From NCBI GenBank assembly GCA_002256025.1, contig NKIB01014326.1, positions 1-44,714 on the forward strand: a stretch of DNA of 44,714 bases, written 5' to 3'. Positions 22,583 to 33,203 of this stretch are shown piece by piece (the first letter of the stretch is position 1; every line of letters starts with the position of its first letter). Made by a program: the position numbers and the translations under genes. The stretch is from Asterionella formosa (lineage: Eukaryota). Below the pieces are notes generated by a model. The model was not told the DNA's origin and ran no database searches. It saw only the letters and a program-made list of their open reading frames with translations.

Positions 22583-25500
22583 TTACCAGCCCATTAAGAG
22601 TTTCCGAAGGGCTTGATACTTGACACGATCAAGTCCTTTTGTAAAGATATCTGCAGTATTCATCTGCTTTCAACCTTAAATATGTTGATTGTCCCGTTGG
22701 CAACATGTTCGCGAAAGAAGTGGTATGGGACAGCGATGTGTTTAGAGCGAGGAGTCATTCTTGGTGAGGTGGCTAAAATTAAAGCCCCATTGTTATCCTC
22801 AAACACAGATGAATATGTAGATGTAAGAAAAGTAGGATCATTCATCAACAATGATGCAACTTCTTCGACCAAAGATTTTAGTGGTAGAAGACTGCGCATA
22901 CTTGCACTGAGTGCAATATATTCAGCTTCCATAGTAGAAAGCGCGACTTGTCCCTGTAGCTTGGATTGCCATATGAGGGGACAGTTTGCCAGAGAAATGA
23001 CAAAACCTGTACGCGACTTAACACATACTGGATCTTGGTCATCTTCGCGTCTCCACAAACCTGCATAGTCCGCATCAACATACGTATCCAGACTGAGTTT
23101 CTTGGTAGGTCGCAATATTAGTCCTTATGTAGATGTCCCTTTTAGGTAGCGGCAGATTCGCCGGATGGCTTCACCATGGGACACTTTAGGCGAGTGTGTG
23201 AAACGTGCGCACTGATGCACAGCGAAAGAGATATCAGGGCGCGAATTCGAGGCTAGTAGGTAGAGAAGCATTCCAACAGCAGATGGGTAGCTGAAATCGT
23301 CAACAAATGTGTCGCCAAGTAGATCGGTTCCAAGAGCAGTTGAGCTTGCTGGAGTATCCTTTGCATTGCAATCCTGCATAAAACAGGTCCTGAGGATTCG
23401 ATCAATCAAACCCATTTGAGTGAGGAACAGGGATCCATCCTCTAACTCATCAATTTGAATACCAAGGAAGCTGGAAATGTCTTCCTCCATTGTTAGTTTG
23501 AACTCTTTGCCCAAATTAGCAATCATTGCATCGATTTTCGTGATATCTTTTCCCAGATAGATTAAATCATCGACGAAAACAAGGACAATCATTTCTGGAT
23601 GGATGAAGAGACACGGTTCGATTTGACTTGCAATGAAACCACGAGAAAGTAGAGAGGCCTTGAGTACCTCGAACCATGCAAGGGGTGCATCCCTACTTCC
23701 ATATAAATTCTTATTCAGCTGAAGCACAGAATTGGAGTTGGATGTTTCGAATCCCTTAGGTAGTTCAACAAAAGTTGGTTGCTTGACATTAGCTTGAACA
23801 AAAGCATTTACATAGTCAACTTGTCAGGACGAAAGCTTCAGAATAGTTGAAAGTGTAAAGCAGAGACGGACAGACAACCACTGTACTACTACAGGAGCGT
23901 ATGTCTCGAATGCGTCAATTCCCATGACTTGCTTATCACCACGCACACAGAAGCGTGCCTTATATTTTCGTATACGCCCATCGGGGTACCGCTTGCGCTT
24001 GAAGGTCCATGTAGTTGGTAATACTTTCTTGTTGGAAGAGGTCACAGTTGCACGAGGTACCAGAGTCCACGTTTTCTGTTCCTCAAGCCCATTAATTTCG
24101 ATTCGCATTGCTTCAATGAATGCTTCCTTGTTTTCTGCCATCATTGCCTCATGATACATCAACGTATCTGGATCCGACTTGGATGCAATATAGCAGGAAT
24201 GTGAGTATGGGAGAGAACCAATCAAATGGTTATTGCGGAGTGCAAACGCCAAAGAATCAAGATTGGATTCCTTTCGTCCATCTTGATCATTGAGAAGATC
24301 AGGTAGAGTGGAATAGAAGCACTCAACTGCTGACATAGATCCAAACTTTGCATCATATGCATCGAACTTGTTTGGTCGTCGTTTGGTTCATTCTGGGCGA
24401 GGCATTGAGCGTTGAATAGGTGTCACCTTCATTGGGGACTTCCTTGGTGATGTGATTGGAGGTAAAATTGTTTGAATTGTCATCGCTTTTTCAGGTTGCT
24501 CCCTCTGCTTGATGACTTGCTCCCTCTGTTCAAGTGAAGTAGGAATGTTAAGAGCTGGAAGAGGACTTGTAGGTTCGATTAGAGTTGGAGGTGGAACAAT
24601 CTGATCTTGTGCCACTTGATTTCTTTGATGTAGTAATTCCTCTGGTGTTAACCGCTCGTCATTCAGAGCAACAGGGTCGTTTTCATCGAATTCTACCTGA
24701 TATCGATGTTTGATGCAAAGATCTTCCCATTGGATGGGAGGTTCTTCACTTGATTCCAATGTAGAGACCACTGTTGAAAAGAGATCGTCAAAGATGACGT
24801 GAAATTGAGGTGAAATGTGACTGGTTGCAGGATTTAGCACCAAAGGAACTGTAGACGCGTATTTAGTAGGGGACAACCCAAGAAAGACAGCTTGGCGAGA
24901 TCGAGGTTTCCACCTAGGAATTTTCTTTCCATCTTGTAGTGTAGCTAGGTTCCAATACATATACTACCGGACACCCCCACACATGCAAATCCTTTAGTCG
25001 TTGCCTCGGCACAGTAGTGCGTGTAAAAATGTCTATCGGGGCAGTACCAGACTCGATATTTGGCATATGGTTGAATATGTAGACAGCGTATTCGACAGCA
25101 AGGGGCCATAGGGCAGAATCTGCCAGGTCTTGCCAGGGCACTGCTGCATGAAGCATCATAGTACAAGACATATTTGATATTGTTTGAATTGCCCTTTCGG
25201 CAACACCATTGTGATGGTGTGCACCAACGCCACTGTATTCTGCTGCTTGATTCTGACTTTGAATGTCTGCAACAAATTCGGATGACCCAAATGCCCCATT
25301 ATCTGACATATAGGTAAGTATATTGACTCCGTAGGCAAGGCACATGCGCTCATAGTCGAGTTTTGCTCGTAGCGTTTCCTCAGCAGAAAATGTCACTTGT
25401 GGCTGAATCCGAATGTAACTGGAAGCTTGATCAACGAAGATTTCTCCTCCGCGATACATATCTTCGGCTGGCGTCTTCCCACGCGATGATATCAGGCGAC

Positions 25501-25765
25501 CTTTTGCAGAGCACTCAAAGTGATCGATTGAGACTCGCTGTCCTGGAAACAGAACATCTCCCTTCCAGGCATGCTCCCTCTCAGGCACAGGTGACGTGAT
25601 TGATGCCTTAGTGGACCGGCAACGGGCCTTTCCATATTCACAAGCTGCACATTTGGGGGGCTCACATTTTCCAGCTGAGGAGATTCCAGGGGTTTTACCA
25701 AAGGTTCCTGATCGAAGAACCCACTGAACTGACTTGAAATTCAGGTGGCCAAAGCGAAAATGCCA
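22583..25765 (-). pseudogene. Disrupted Copia pol: integrase, reverse transcriptase, RNase H (protease absent)
   Basis: Integrase Zn finger WHFRFGH...CAACEYGK and DDE (VSIDHF, MSDNG, NGVAER). RT motifs KYKARFCVRGD, LYGSRDAP..WF, FVDD and SRPDISFAVHQCARF. RNase H motifs YVDADYAG, STMEAEYIALS, FEDNNGA and ADIFTKGL. It carries several stops and frameshifts. Confidence 0.93.
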
Positions 25766-27221
25766 TGTTTGCTCCGCGTTCTTCGTTTTTAGCTTGTGCC
25801 TTGAATCCTACACTCTTTGTTTCTTTTTCAACAAGCAACTTTTTGGGAGCTGAAGAGACTCCTGAGGTGTGACTGGTTGTTCCATGAGTTGTTCTCCAGT
25901 GAGTGCAGATGGAGCACCAATGAAAAGTCTTTCCATCGCGAGTAATTGTTTCACTTTCCCCATCGTTGGGCTTGACTCGTTGCCACTCAGGGTGAACCAC
26001 TGCAGATTTACCTTGTCGATTTCCTCTTTGTCGGCTTGTTCGTCCTCCTTTCTCCTTGGTAGTCCCTTTAGCATTCTTTTCAGGACACTCAGTTGACTTG
26101 TGACCTTCCTTTCCGCATGTCCAACATGTGCCTTCACGTTTTTGCTGGTTTGCTGCTAGGCGATCGATGCCTTTTGATAGTTTTTCGAGGAGAAAAGCAG
26201 TAGGGGCAGCCTCCTTGTCCTTCTTTGAGTCTTGAGCAACCCAAAGACCAGATTCGATTAGAGATTGATACTCGTCATCTGCTTCATTGCATACAGACTC
26301 AATGGTAGGAGCATTTGGGATAGATGCCAGAGCAATTGCAGTCTTGCCAGCGTTCTCCTTTAGAAACTTGCTCACCTCAATACGCTTTGTAGCGGCCCAC
26401 ACAGCAAAGATCGAAGTAGTCGAGTTGGATAAAGAATCCACAACTGTCATCAGAGCATCATATGGTACCATATTTGCGTTGCGTAGACGTACATAGTCAT
26501 CACGAAGTTTGATAGTATGCCTGGTCACATTTTCGCCCGGTTCCAACTTCAAGCGTCGCTCTTCAAATGCTTTCTGAAGCAGCTTTGTTCCACGATATGA
26601 GGAAGATTGAACCAATCCCATAACAAACATCCACACAATAGGTCCATTGTCATAGAAGTTTCCAGCTTTAGTAAGTACCTGTGCTTGGAGGGGAGGTGAA
26701 ATGGAAGATAGAATGTATGCTGCTGAGAAGCGAAGATTTTGAAGGTCGTACATATCGTAGCGCGCGGAAGGCAAGGTGAGACTTGTATTGATAGCATTCT
26801 GAATCAATATGGTTGACTGACGAGTGATTTCTTCCCTGGAGAACTGTGTGTGTCCGTCTAGAATGTTGATCCATAAATTGTCTGGAGTGTTGAAATAGAA
26901 GATGCTATCCATTCCGTATTCGATGAGATGACGATGAACTTGCCCTGTATATGTTGATAGACCAAGAACTGGGTCAGTTGCTGCCTCAAAGAGAGTCGAA
27001 GGTGCCGCTTTAGCTCCAGCTTCAACCTTCATCATATTCGAAATGTTGGAGGTGCGGATGGCCATGAAGGATGGTGGACCAGAGTTTGTGGTGGAGATGA
27101 GTAAGAACTCATTGACTGTGTTGAGCACAGGGATGCCTCCAGTGAAGGACACTTGATTCGTCTGACCTCCTCGGAGAGGCATGATGGAGTAGGGATCAAC
27201 AGGAGTGTTGATGGTGGCCAT
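25695..27221 (-). CDS. Copia Gag (508 aa; the last ~20 aa are out-of-frame integrase sequence created by a deletion)
   Basis: Open ORF starting just after the PBS, with CCHC knuckle CWTCGKEGHKSTEC and a second motif HWCSICTHWRTTHGTTSH typical of diatom Copia Gag. Confidence 0.88.
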   Translation of the reverse strand: MATINTPVDPYSIMPLRGGQTNQVSFTGGIPVLNTVNEFLLISTTNSGPPSFMAIRTSNISNMMKVEAGAKAAPSTLFEAATDPVLGLSTYTGQVHRHLIEYGMDSIFYFNTPDNLWINILDGHTQFSREEITRQSTILIQNAINTSLTLPSARYDMYDLQNLRFSAAYILSSISPPLQAQVLTKAGNFYDNGPIVWMFVMGLVQSSSYRGTKLLQKAFEERRLKLEPGENVTRHTIKLRDDYVRLRNANMVPYDALMTVVDSLSNSTTSIFAVWAATKRIEVSKFLKENAGKTAIALASIPNAPTIESVCNEADDEYQSLIESGLWVAQDSKKDKEAAPTAFLLEKLSKGIDRLAANQQKREGTCWTCGKEGHKSTECPEKNAKGTTKEKGGRTSRQRGNRQGKSAVVHPEWQRVKPNDGESETITRDGKTFHWCSICTHWRTTHGTTSHTSGVSSAPKKLLVEKETKSVGFKAQAKNEERGANMAFSLWPPEFQVSSVGSSIRNLW

Positions 27222-27256
27222 AGTGGAAGATATTGATGGTGTTTTAGCAGAAGAAG

Positions 27257-27271
27257 CTTGGGCTCATAACC
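27257..27271 (-). promoter_or_regulatory. Primer-binding site complementary to the anticodon arm of initiator tRNA-Met (half-tRNA type)
   Basis: Minus-strand GGTTATGAGCCCAAG directly follows the 5' LTR; compare the Drosophila copia PBS GGTTATGGGCCCAG. Confidence 0.85.
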
Positions 27272-27720
27272 AGCGAAGTGCTAGAACAAACACTTGAATG
27301 AACAGGAGAGATCAATGATCTCGAGAGTAAAATTGCGAAGAAGCGATAACAAGTCGAATAAACTGAAATTATGATGTTAAAACTAAGTTGAGACGAAAAA
27401 GGTAACCTTGGTGTAAAGGACTCTGAAAAGGTAGAAACAGAGTAGGGTAGTACTTGTGACTTGATGTGGGAGAGTAGAGTCTACACAACATGAATTCAGC
27501 TGCTGTAGCTCTCCATATCCATTGTCGTAGAACGAGGACGCGACCTAAAGGAACGAGGTCAAGCAAGGAATTCACACTGGTGAGTGTGTGAATGAGGGAA
27601 GAATAGTGGTGAGCATGTAGATTTTGTAGTAAGAAATGTACGAGAGCAATAGTCTTTTCGGGACCAGTGTTATCTGTGCCTAGCTAACTGGCACTAAGGC
27701 ATAATAATCGGGTCACGGCT
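27272..27720 (-). repeat. 5' LTR (449 bp)
   Basis: Direct repeat of 22101-22548. Confidence 0.95.
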
Positions 27721-28522
27721 CCTGGCATACAGGTATGTATTACACCATCCGCGAGCAAAGAACAAGGGTCGTGCATTCGCTCCTCTATCTGGATGGCGTA
27801 CGAGTGGTACTTCTGATCTACCGGGTAACCACCTTAAATGTATTATTTGCATTGCCCCTGCATCCGAGTCGTCTGTCGCGACGACAAAACCGGATTAGAT
27901 GTCGATTCTTTTTGCGCGTGCCTATCCTTATGTAGCTACTATATAAATTTTTTAACATTAAGTGTTTATTTTATTACTGTTCCTCCTTCCTTCAGAAAAG
28001 ATGCCATGTTGAAGGAATTGGCTGCATGCATTGATCAGATATGTACGTGTGACTACCGGTATCATAGTTTCAACCCGAAAACAACCTCCTATTTATTATA
28101 CATATGCAAAAAGCTTGCCAGGTAGATGTGTACCAACCACAATCATGCCATCCCAGCAACATGTTCTGTCATTCACAGTACATATTAAATGTACTAGAGC
28201 TTTATTTGCTACCTACCAGTATATATTACTTCTTAATCCTATGAGGATGTAGGAAGAATAAGTTCAGGATTTGCTGCACTTTTTCTGCCTTCGCTAAAGG
28301 TATCTATCACGTGCTACACAGTGCCACCGATGTTCGGGCAAAATATAAACAGAGCTTAATTTTCATCCTACATACGTATAAATATATGTTCAAATACATG
28401 GATCACATAGGAAATAGGAACTTCACATAGAGCCGTGCGACATCCTTCCGCATCACTCTTTATGCTGTTACATTTATGTAACCTACCGTATTGCATCACA
28501 CTTTCCAATTGGACTCGAGCAA

Positions 28523-29194
28523 ATGGACGACGAAACGACCATCAATTTACTGGAAGCCATGAATCACAGCAATAATGGCGTGCGGCTCGTTGAATTGGGT
28601 AGACATGCGGAAGCACGAAAGTTTTTGCAGAGTTCGATAGATTTGATTGACCGCTATTTGTCCGGTGATGAAGCGTCCCATAGTGAGCATCATGATATAA
28701 CCGACTTCTTCATGTGGTCAGAGCCGTTTAATCTTGCTAGCGACAAAGCGATCCATGCCTTTATTTACCGAGCGGCGGTTGTGTTCAATGAGCCGAGGGA
28801 TCTAACTCTCCCCCTGCCACGAAATTGGATTAGGCCAATCAGCATCGCCATTACTTTCAACATGGCACTTCATCTCCACACAGTTGGACTTTGGAAACTA
28901 TCGGCACAAGATGCTGAGCGGGCCATTGCGTTGTATACAGTAGCTCTACATGGGTGCTCGGACAACACAAACCCAATGTTACGAGTGGTCATAATGAACA
29001 ATCTCGGTGTGTTGCACTACACCGAATTCGTTGACTATGCCTCCGCTCGCGCTTGCTTCGTACAACTATGGGACTATCTCTTGTTACTCCAGGGAGGAGG
29101 ACGATACGAACGCTACATTCTGCCTGAAATAAGAAATCACCTCAACATGAACATGGTTTTATTGGTACCACCCTCAGCTGCAGCTGGCGCCTAA
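28523..29194 (+). CDS. TPR-like protein of a diatom-expanded family, 223 aa
   Basis: Motifs NNGVRLVELGRHAEA, FIYRAA, FNMALHLH, AIALY..AL, MNNLGVLH and C-terminal N..L...SAAAGA. Confidence 0.75.
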   Translation: MDDETTINLLEAMNHSNNGVRLVELGRHAEARKFLQSSIDLIDRYLSGDEASHSEHHDITDFFMWSEPFNLASDKAIHAFIYRAAVVFNEPRDLTLPLPRNWIRPISIAITFNMALHLHTVGLWKLSAQDAERAIALYTVALHGCSDNTNPMLRVVIMNNLGVLHYTEFVDYASARACFVQLWDYLLLLQGGGRYERYILPEIRNHLNMNMVLLVPPSAAAGA

Positions 29195-29491
29195 CAGCAA
29201 GGTTTGGTTACAGTGGTTCCATGTTTCATGGACATACCACACAGAGAGTAAATTTCTGACGTTTTTGTTTATCTAGTTAAACGAATACGCCGAATTCATT
29301 CATTATGGTATTCAGTGATCCTAGTCACACAGCCCGACACCTCATCAGTCAAGTTCTTTGCAAACTTTCATGAAAACTATGTAGCATATTATTATTGAAA
29401 GCTACATACTCTGACACGTTGCATAGGCATATTATTGACTTTCTAGTGTTACTAATTCCGATAGTTACCCTACTACTAAAATAATAATATC

Positions 29492-32164
29492 CTAGTCGAC
29501 CTGCATATGATCGGAGACATCTCCTGGCGTATTTTCTTGTGCAGGCTCAGTTTCCATGGGTTGCGGTCCCTCAGAAGGCTTTGCTTCTTGCTTCTTTTCC
29601 ACTTCAGCAGGCTTCTCTTCCTTCTTAGGCTTAGGAGCTGGCTTGTTCTTGATAGGACTACAAACATCAGTCAATTCCTGACTCTTACTACTGATCTCGG
29701 CGCAAGTGACCGCAGGGTCCACACTGTTTGACAACGATCCTTGCTTGTCCAACATTTCATACATCCAACTCGACACTTCGTCACACTTGGAATGACACTT
29801 TTGTCTCTCATCATCCGTGATATGGGAGTACTTTGCGTCAGTCTGAGATTCATTGAGCCACGCCTTATACATTTCCACCTTCCTCTGTAGAGTGGACACA
29901 GCATTGGGGCGACTAGCAGCCTCGACTGATCGTCGTTCGATAGGTGTGCCAATCTTCTTCAATGCGGACAACTTGTCAAAGTACACAGATTTGACGGCAT
30001 CGAACCCGTCTTCATACAGCCAATTCTCTGTTGCCTCGAGGGTCACTGAGAAAGACGATTTCTCTGCATCGGTAGAATAAGGACCAAGGTGAATGTCAGA
30101 GCTGATCTTGTCCCTCATGTCATAAATATATGACTCAAGTTCGTTGCGCATGTCAGAAGTTTCACGAACAACTCGGTCGGCATTAGCCATGGAAACTTCA
30201 GCCTCAAATGCTTTCTCAATCTCAGGTTTTGTCCAATCTAAAGGACGAACTGTCGTGAATTCTAGGTTAGTCTTCTTCAATTTCTTTTTCTTGTCGTCTC
30301 CTTCCTTCGCCTCAGTATCGGGTACTCCCTCGTCGTCGACTTCTTCCACCATTTGCGCAGAGCTCAAATGGATGATACCATGTATGTCTTCCTTTACATT
30401 CACGCGAACCTTCTTCTCGGAGCCTTCGCTTGCCTTGATCTTAAAGGTACATATTTCACTTGAAGATGCTGCGTTTCGGCCATAAAATGCTGATTTTTCA
30501 TCGTAGGATACATTGACTTGAAACTCGCCTGATCTTCGAAGTGTAACACGTCGAACAATGGGGAACGACAAACCACGGTCAAACATGATGACCGAGTTGG
30601 CCGGCATTTCGGCACCATCAGCAACACCCTCAATTTCGACGCCCTGTTGAGATGATCCCTGTGTCTCTTCATCCCAAGAAACTTTGATTGGGTAGGGCTG
30701 GGCTTCAAGGATTTCATACGGGAGAACCTTGAAACGTGGTGAGAGAATGGCACTTTGAAGAGCAGCTCCACGAGCAACTGCTTCGTCGGCGTTCATTGTA
30801 GTAAATAGAGTCATTCCCCCGAGAAAGTTTGAAATGGTTCGTTTGACTGATCCGATACGGGTGCTTCCACCGACGATCTCGACACTAGACAGGGTGGACG
30901 GCTGAAGCTTCGCCTCGGCCAAGGCCAATTCGATCGGTTTTATCAAACGATCCAATAGTGGCTTACACATGACTTCGTATTCCTCTGCTGTTAAGGTTCC
31001 ACTGTAGTCAAAATCGTCCATCAAACATTCCAGGTTAATTCTAGCCTCGCTGACACCTTGGGGACTGAGCGTTTTCTTGGCCTTTTCGGCAGCAGCGAAA
31101 AGCTTGAGAGCAACTTTCGGACTTTCCATGGGACTACCGCTAAGCTTCCCTTTATGTTTTTCTTCAAACTTATTGGCAATCCACGAAGCAATGAGGTAAT
31201 CGAAGTCTCGCCCGCCCAGAGTTTCGTCGAAGTACGTCGACTTGACTAGTAGTTTTCCCGTTTCAAAAGCGACGATCGACACAGTGTAGCACGACGCTCC
31301 AAAGTCGATGAACATGACGTTTGTTGGTTCGTCCTTTTTGAACTCCTTATTGAGATCCTTGAAGATTCCATACGACAGGGCAACGGCAGTGTGCTCATGC
31401 ATCAAACGCTGAACACCTTTAATCCCAGCCATTTCGCACCCAACAACGAAGGCTCGTCTCTGAGAATCCGTGAAGTAACTAGGAATAGCAACGACCCAAT
31501 CCTGCGGAAAAAGCTGCTCCACGGTCTTGAAATCCTTTGCATCAATATGCGTCGAGGAAGCAGCGGCCTTTTCAGCAGCAATCATTCCCAGGTGCTTGAC
31601 CATCATCCCAGCAATCGCTTCGATGGTAACGACCATGTCTTCTCCATTGAGACACACTTTGACCCCGATCGAATCAGGTCCCCCCATGGCACGCTTCACA
31701 GGAACGCAAGAAAAGTATACACGCTTCATCTCCGCTTGCGCTCTGGGGTCATCAAAGGCCAGACCAATGAGGCGCTTGATGTTGACGACAGTGTTCTTGT
31801 AGTTTGATGTAGCTGACGTAGCCGCGCCTTCTCCCATGGTACGAGACTGGTCGAAACCAACCATAGTTCTATTGAGTAGTAAAGCGAGACATCATAGTGG
31901 GTCAGTGAAGGTCCTTGGAAGCGTCATTGTGGGACGAGGCGCATCGAGTAAAAAAGGCAAGAAACAGGCCGAGCACGCAAAAACAGTACCACGAGCTACT
32001 GGGACGAAATATTCTCGGCAGTTCCATGGATTTCGAAATCTAGTAACCATCACTTACGGATTCAGACGATTGGAGTTTCCATTGAGGATAACATCGACGC
32101 CGCCGCGGCCAGCAGCAGCGATCACGGAGTGCTGGAGACCAAAGTCAATGCCTACAACGCTCAT
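29492..32164 (-). CDS. Hsp110/HSPH-type Hsp70-family chaperone; exons 32164-32058 and 31868-29492
   Basis: Exon 1 MSVVGIDFG...GGVDVILNGNSNRLNP is joined by the GT-AG intron 32057-31869 in frame to TMVGFD. Motifs LGGRDFD, VEIVGGSTRI, NADEAVARGAALQSAILSP and RNELESYIYDMR. Confidence 0.95.
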
Positions 32165-32510
32165 ATTTATCTATTGCTTCGACTGCAAAGATGCAATATT
32201 TCGATGAGGAGATGTTTTGTGAATGACGGACAACCATGCGACTGATGGCTGATCTGATTGTTCATATCCTACATACAGATCGGAGAATGATGCTAGATGC
32301 TGCTGCATAGAGTACTGTTACCAGGTACTATGTGCTTATGTACCTGATAGTATCATCTCTCGCTGTATGTAGACTGGTTCAAATCTCAGTGTCATTACGG
32401 TATACCAGGCAACAAGGCAGTCGCGGTTTTTTTACGGCTCGCCCAGCAGCGAGGGCGAGAAAATGGATAACCGGTTTCCATACCCTTATAAACCTGGTGG
32501 AGGACCATAC

Positions 32511-32547
32511 GTACCAGGTTACGGTACCAGGTACCTGGTACCTGGTA
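32511..32547. repeat. GGTACC/CCWGG repeat cluster upstream of Hsp110
   Basis: gtaccaggttacggtaccaggtacctggtacctggta. Confidence 0.8.
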
Positions 32548-33203
32548 GCCACTCTTGAACGGAGTCTGTAGGCCTCTGGCTTTCGAGAAAGATCTAAATA
32601 ACAAATAAATATACCGGTGTTTATCATGGATTCTGAGAAATTCCATTTTTCTACATACATACCGGTAGTAATAGTAGCAGCCAGCATTCTAAAACATGAC
32701 TTGATGTAATAAATGGATCTTCGGCCTTTTCAAATACTACCTGTTATCTACCTACAAGATACGCACCAGGTCCTATATCGCTGTACGGTTTGCAATGATT
32801 GGACATCATCAAGAGATAGAGCTAAAGAACCCCATGTTCCGGGTCGCTACTAACAACGGGAAGAACATACCGTTTGAGCCTGGCAAGACAGTCTCCTCTT
32901 CGCAAGCTCAAGACTTGAGGACCGGTAGCCTGAGAGCTGGGAGTGTATACCGTAGCTCAAGTTAGCACAATTCTTTTTCCTAGCCTTGTAGTAATCACCG
33001 GTATTTCATATTTTAGAAGAGTAGTGCACTACCGGTAGTGTTAGTGCAGATAGCAGCAAATGATGACCACTGCCGAAAGTATTGATTCGTTCCATTTAAA
33101 ATCGAAGTTGGCTGATGCGAAGTACAGTTACTATCACACCACTCCTACTCCCAAATCTGAAATCGTCTAATCAATAATCTTTACCATAGCGTTCATTAAT
33201 GCT

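Larger units (their letters stand above)
22101..27720 (-). mobile_element. Two-LTR Ty1/Copia retrotransposon (5620 bp), non-autonomous, with 5-bp TSD CCTGG
   Basis: Near-identical LTRs at 22101-22548 and 27272-27720. CCTGG lies at 22096-22100 and 27721-27725. PBS and PPT are present, and domains are in gag-IN-RT-RH order. Confidence 0.97.

Noticed and set aside
22094..27727. Alternative canonical TG...CA boundaries (TGCCTGGAGC ... GCTCCTGGCA)
   Set aside because: These bases are absent from the inner LTR ends and leave no TSD (ACGAC vs TACAG). CCTGG is better explained as the TSD.
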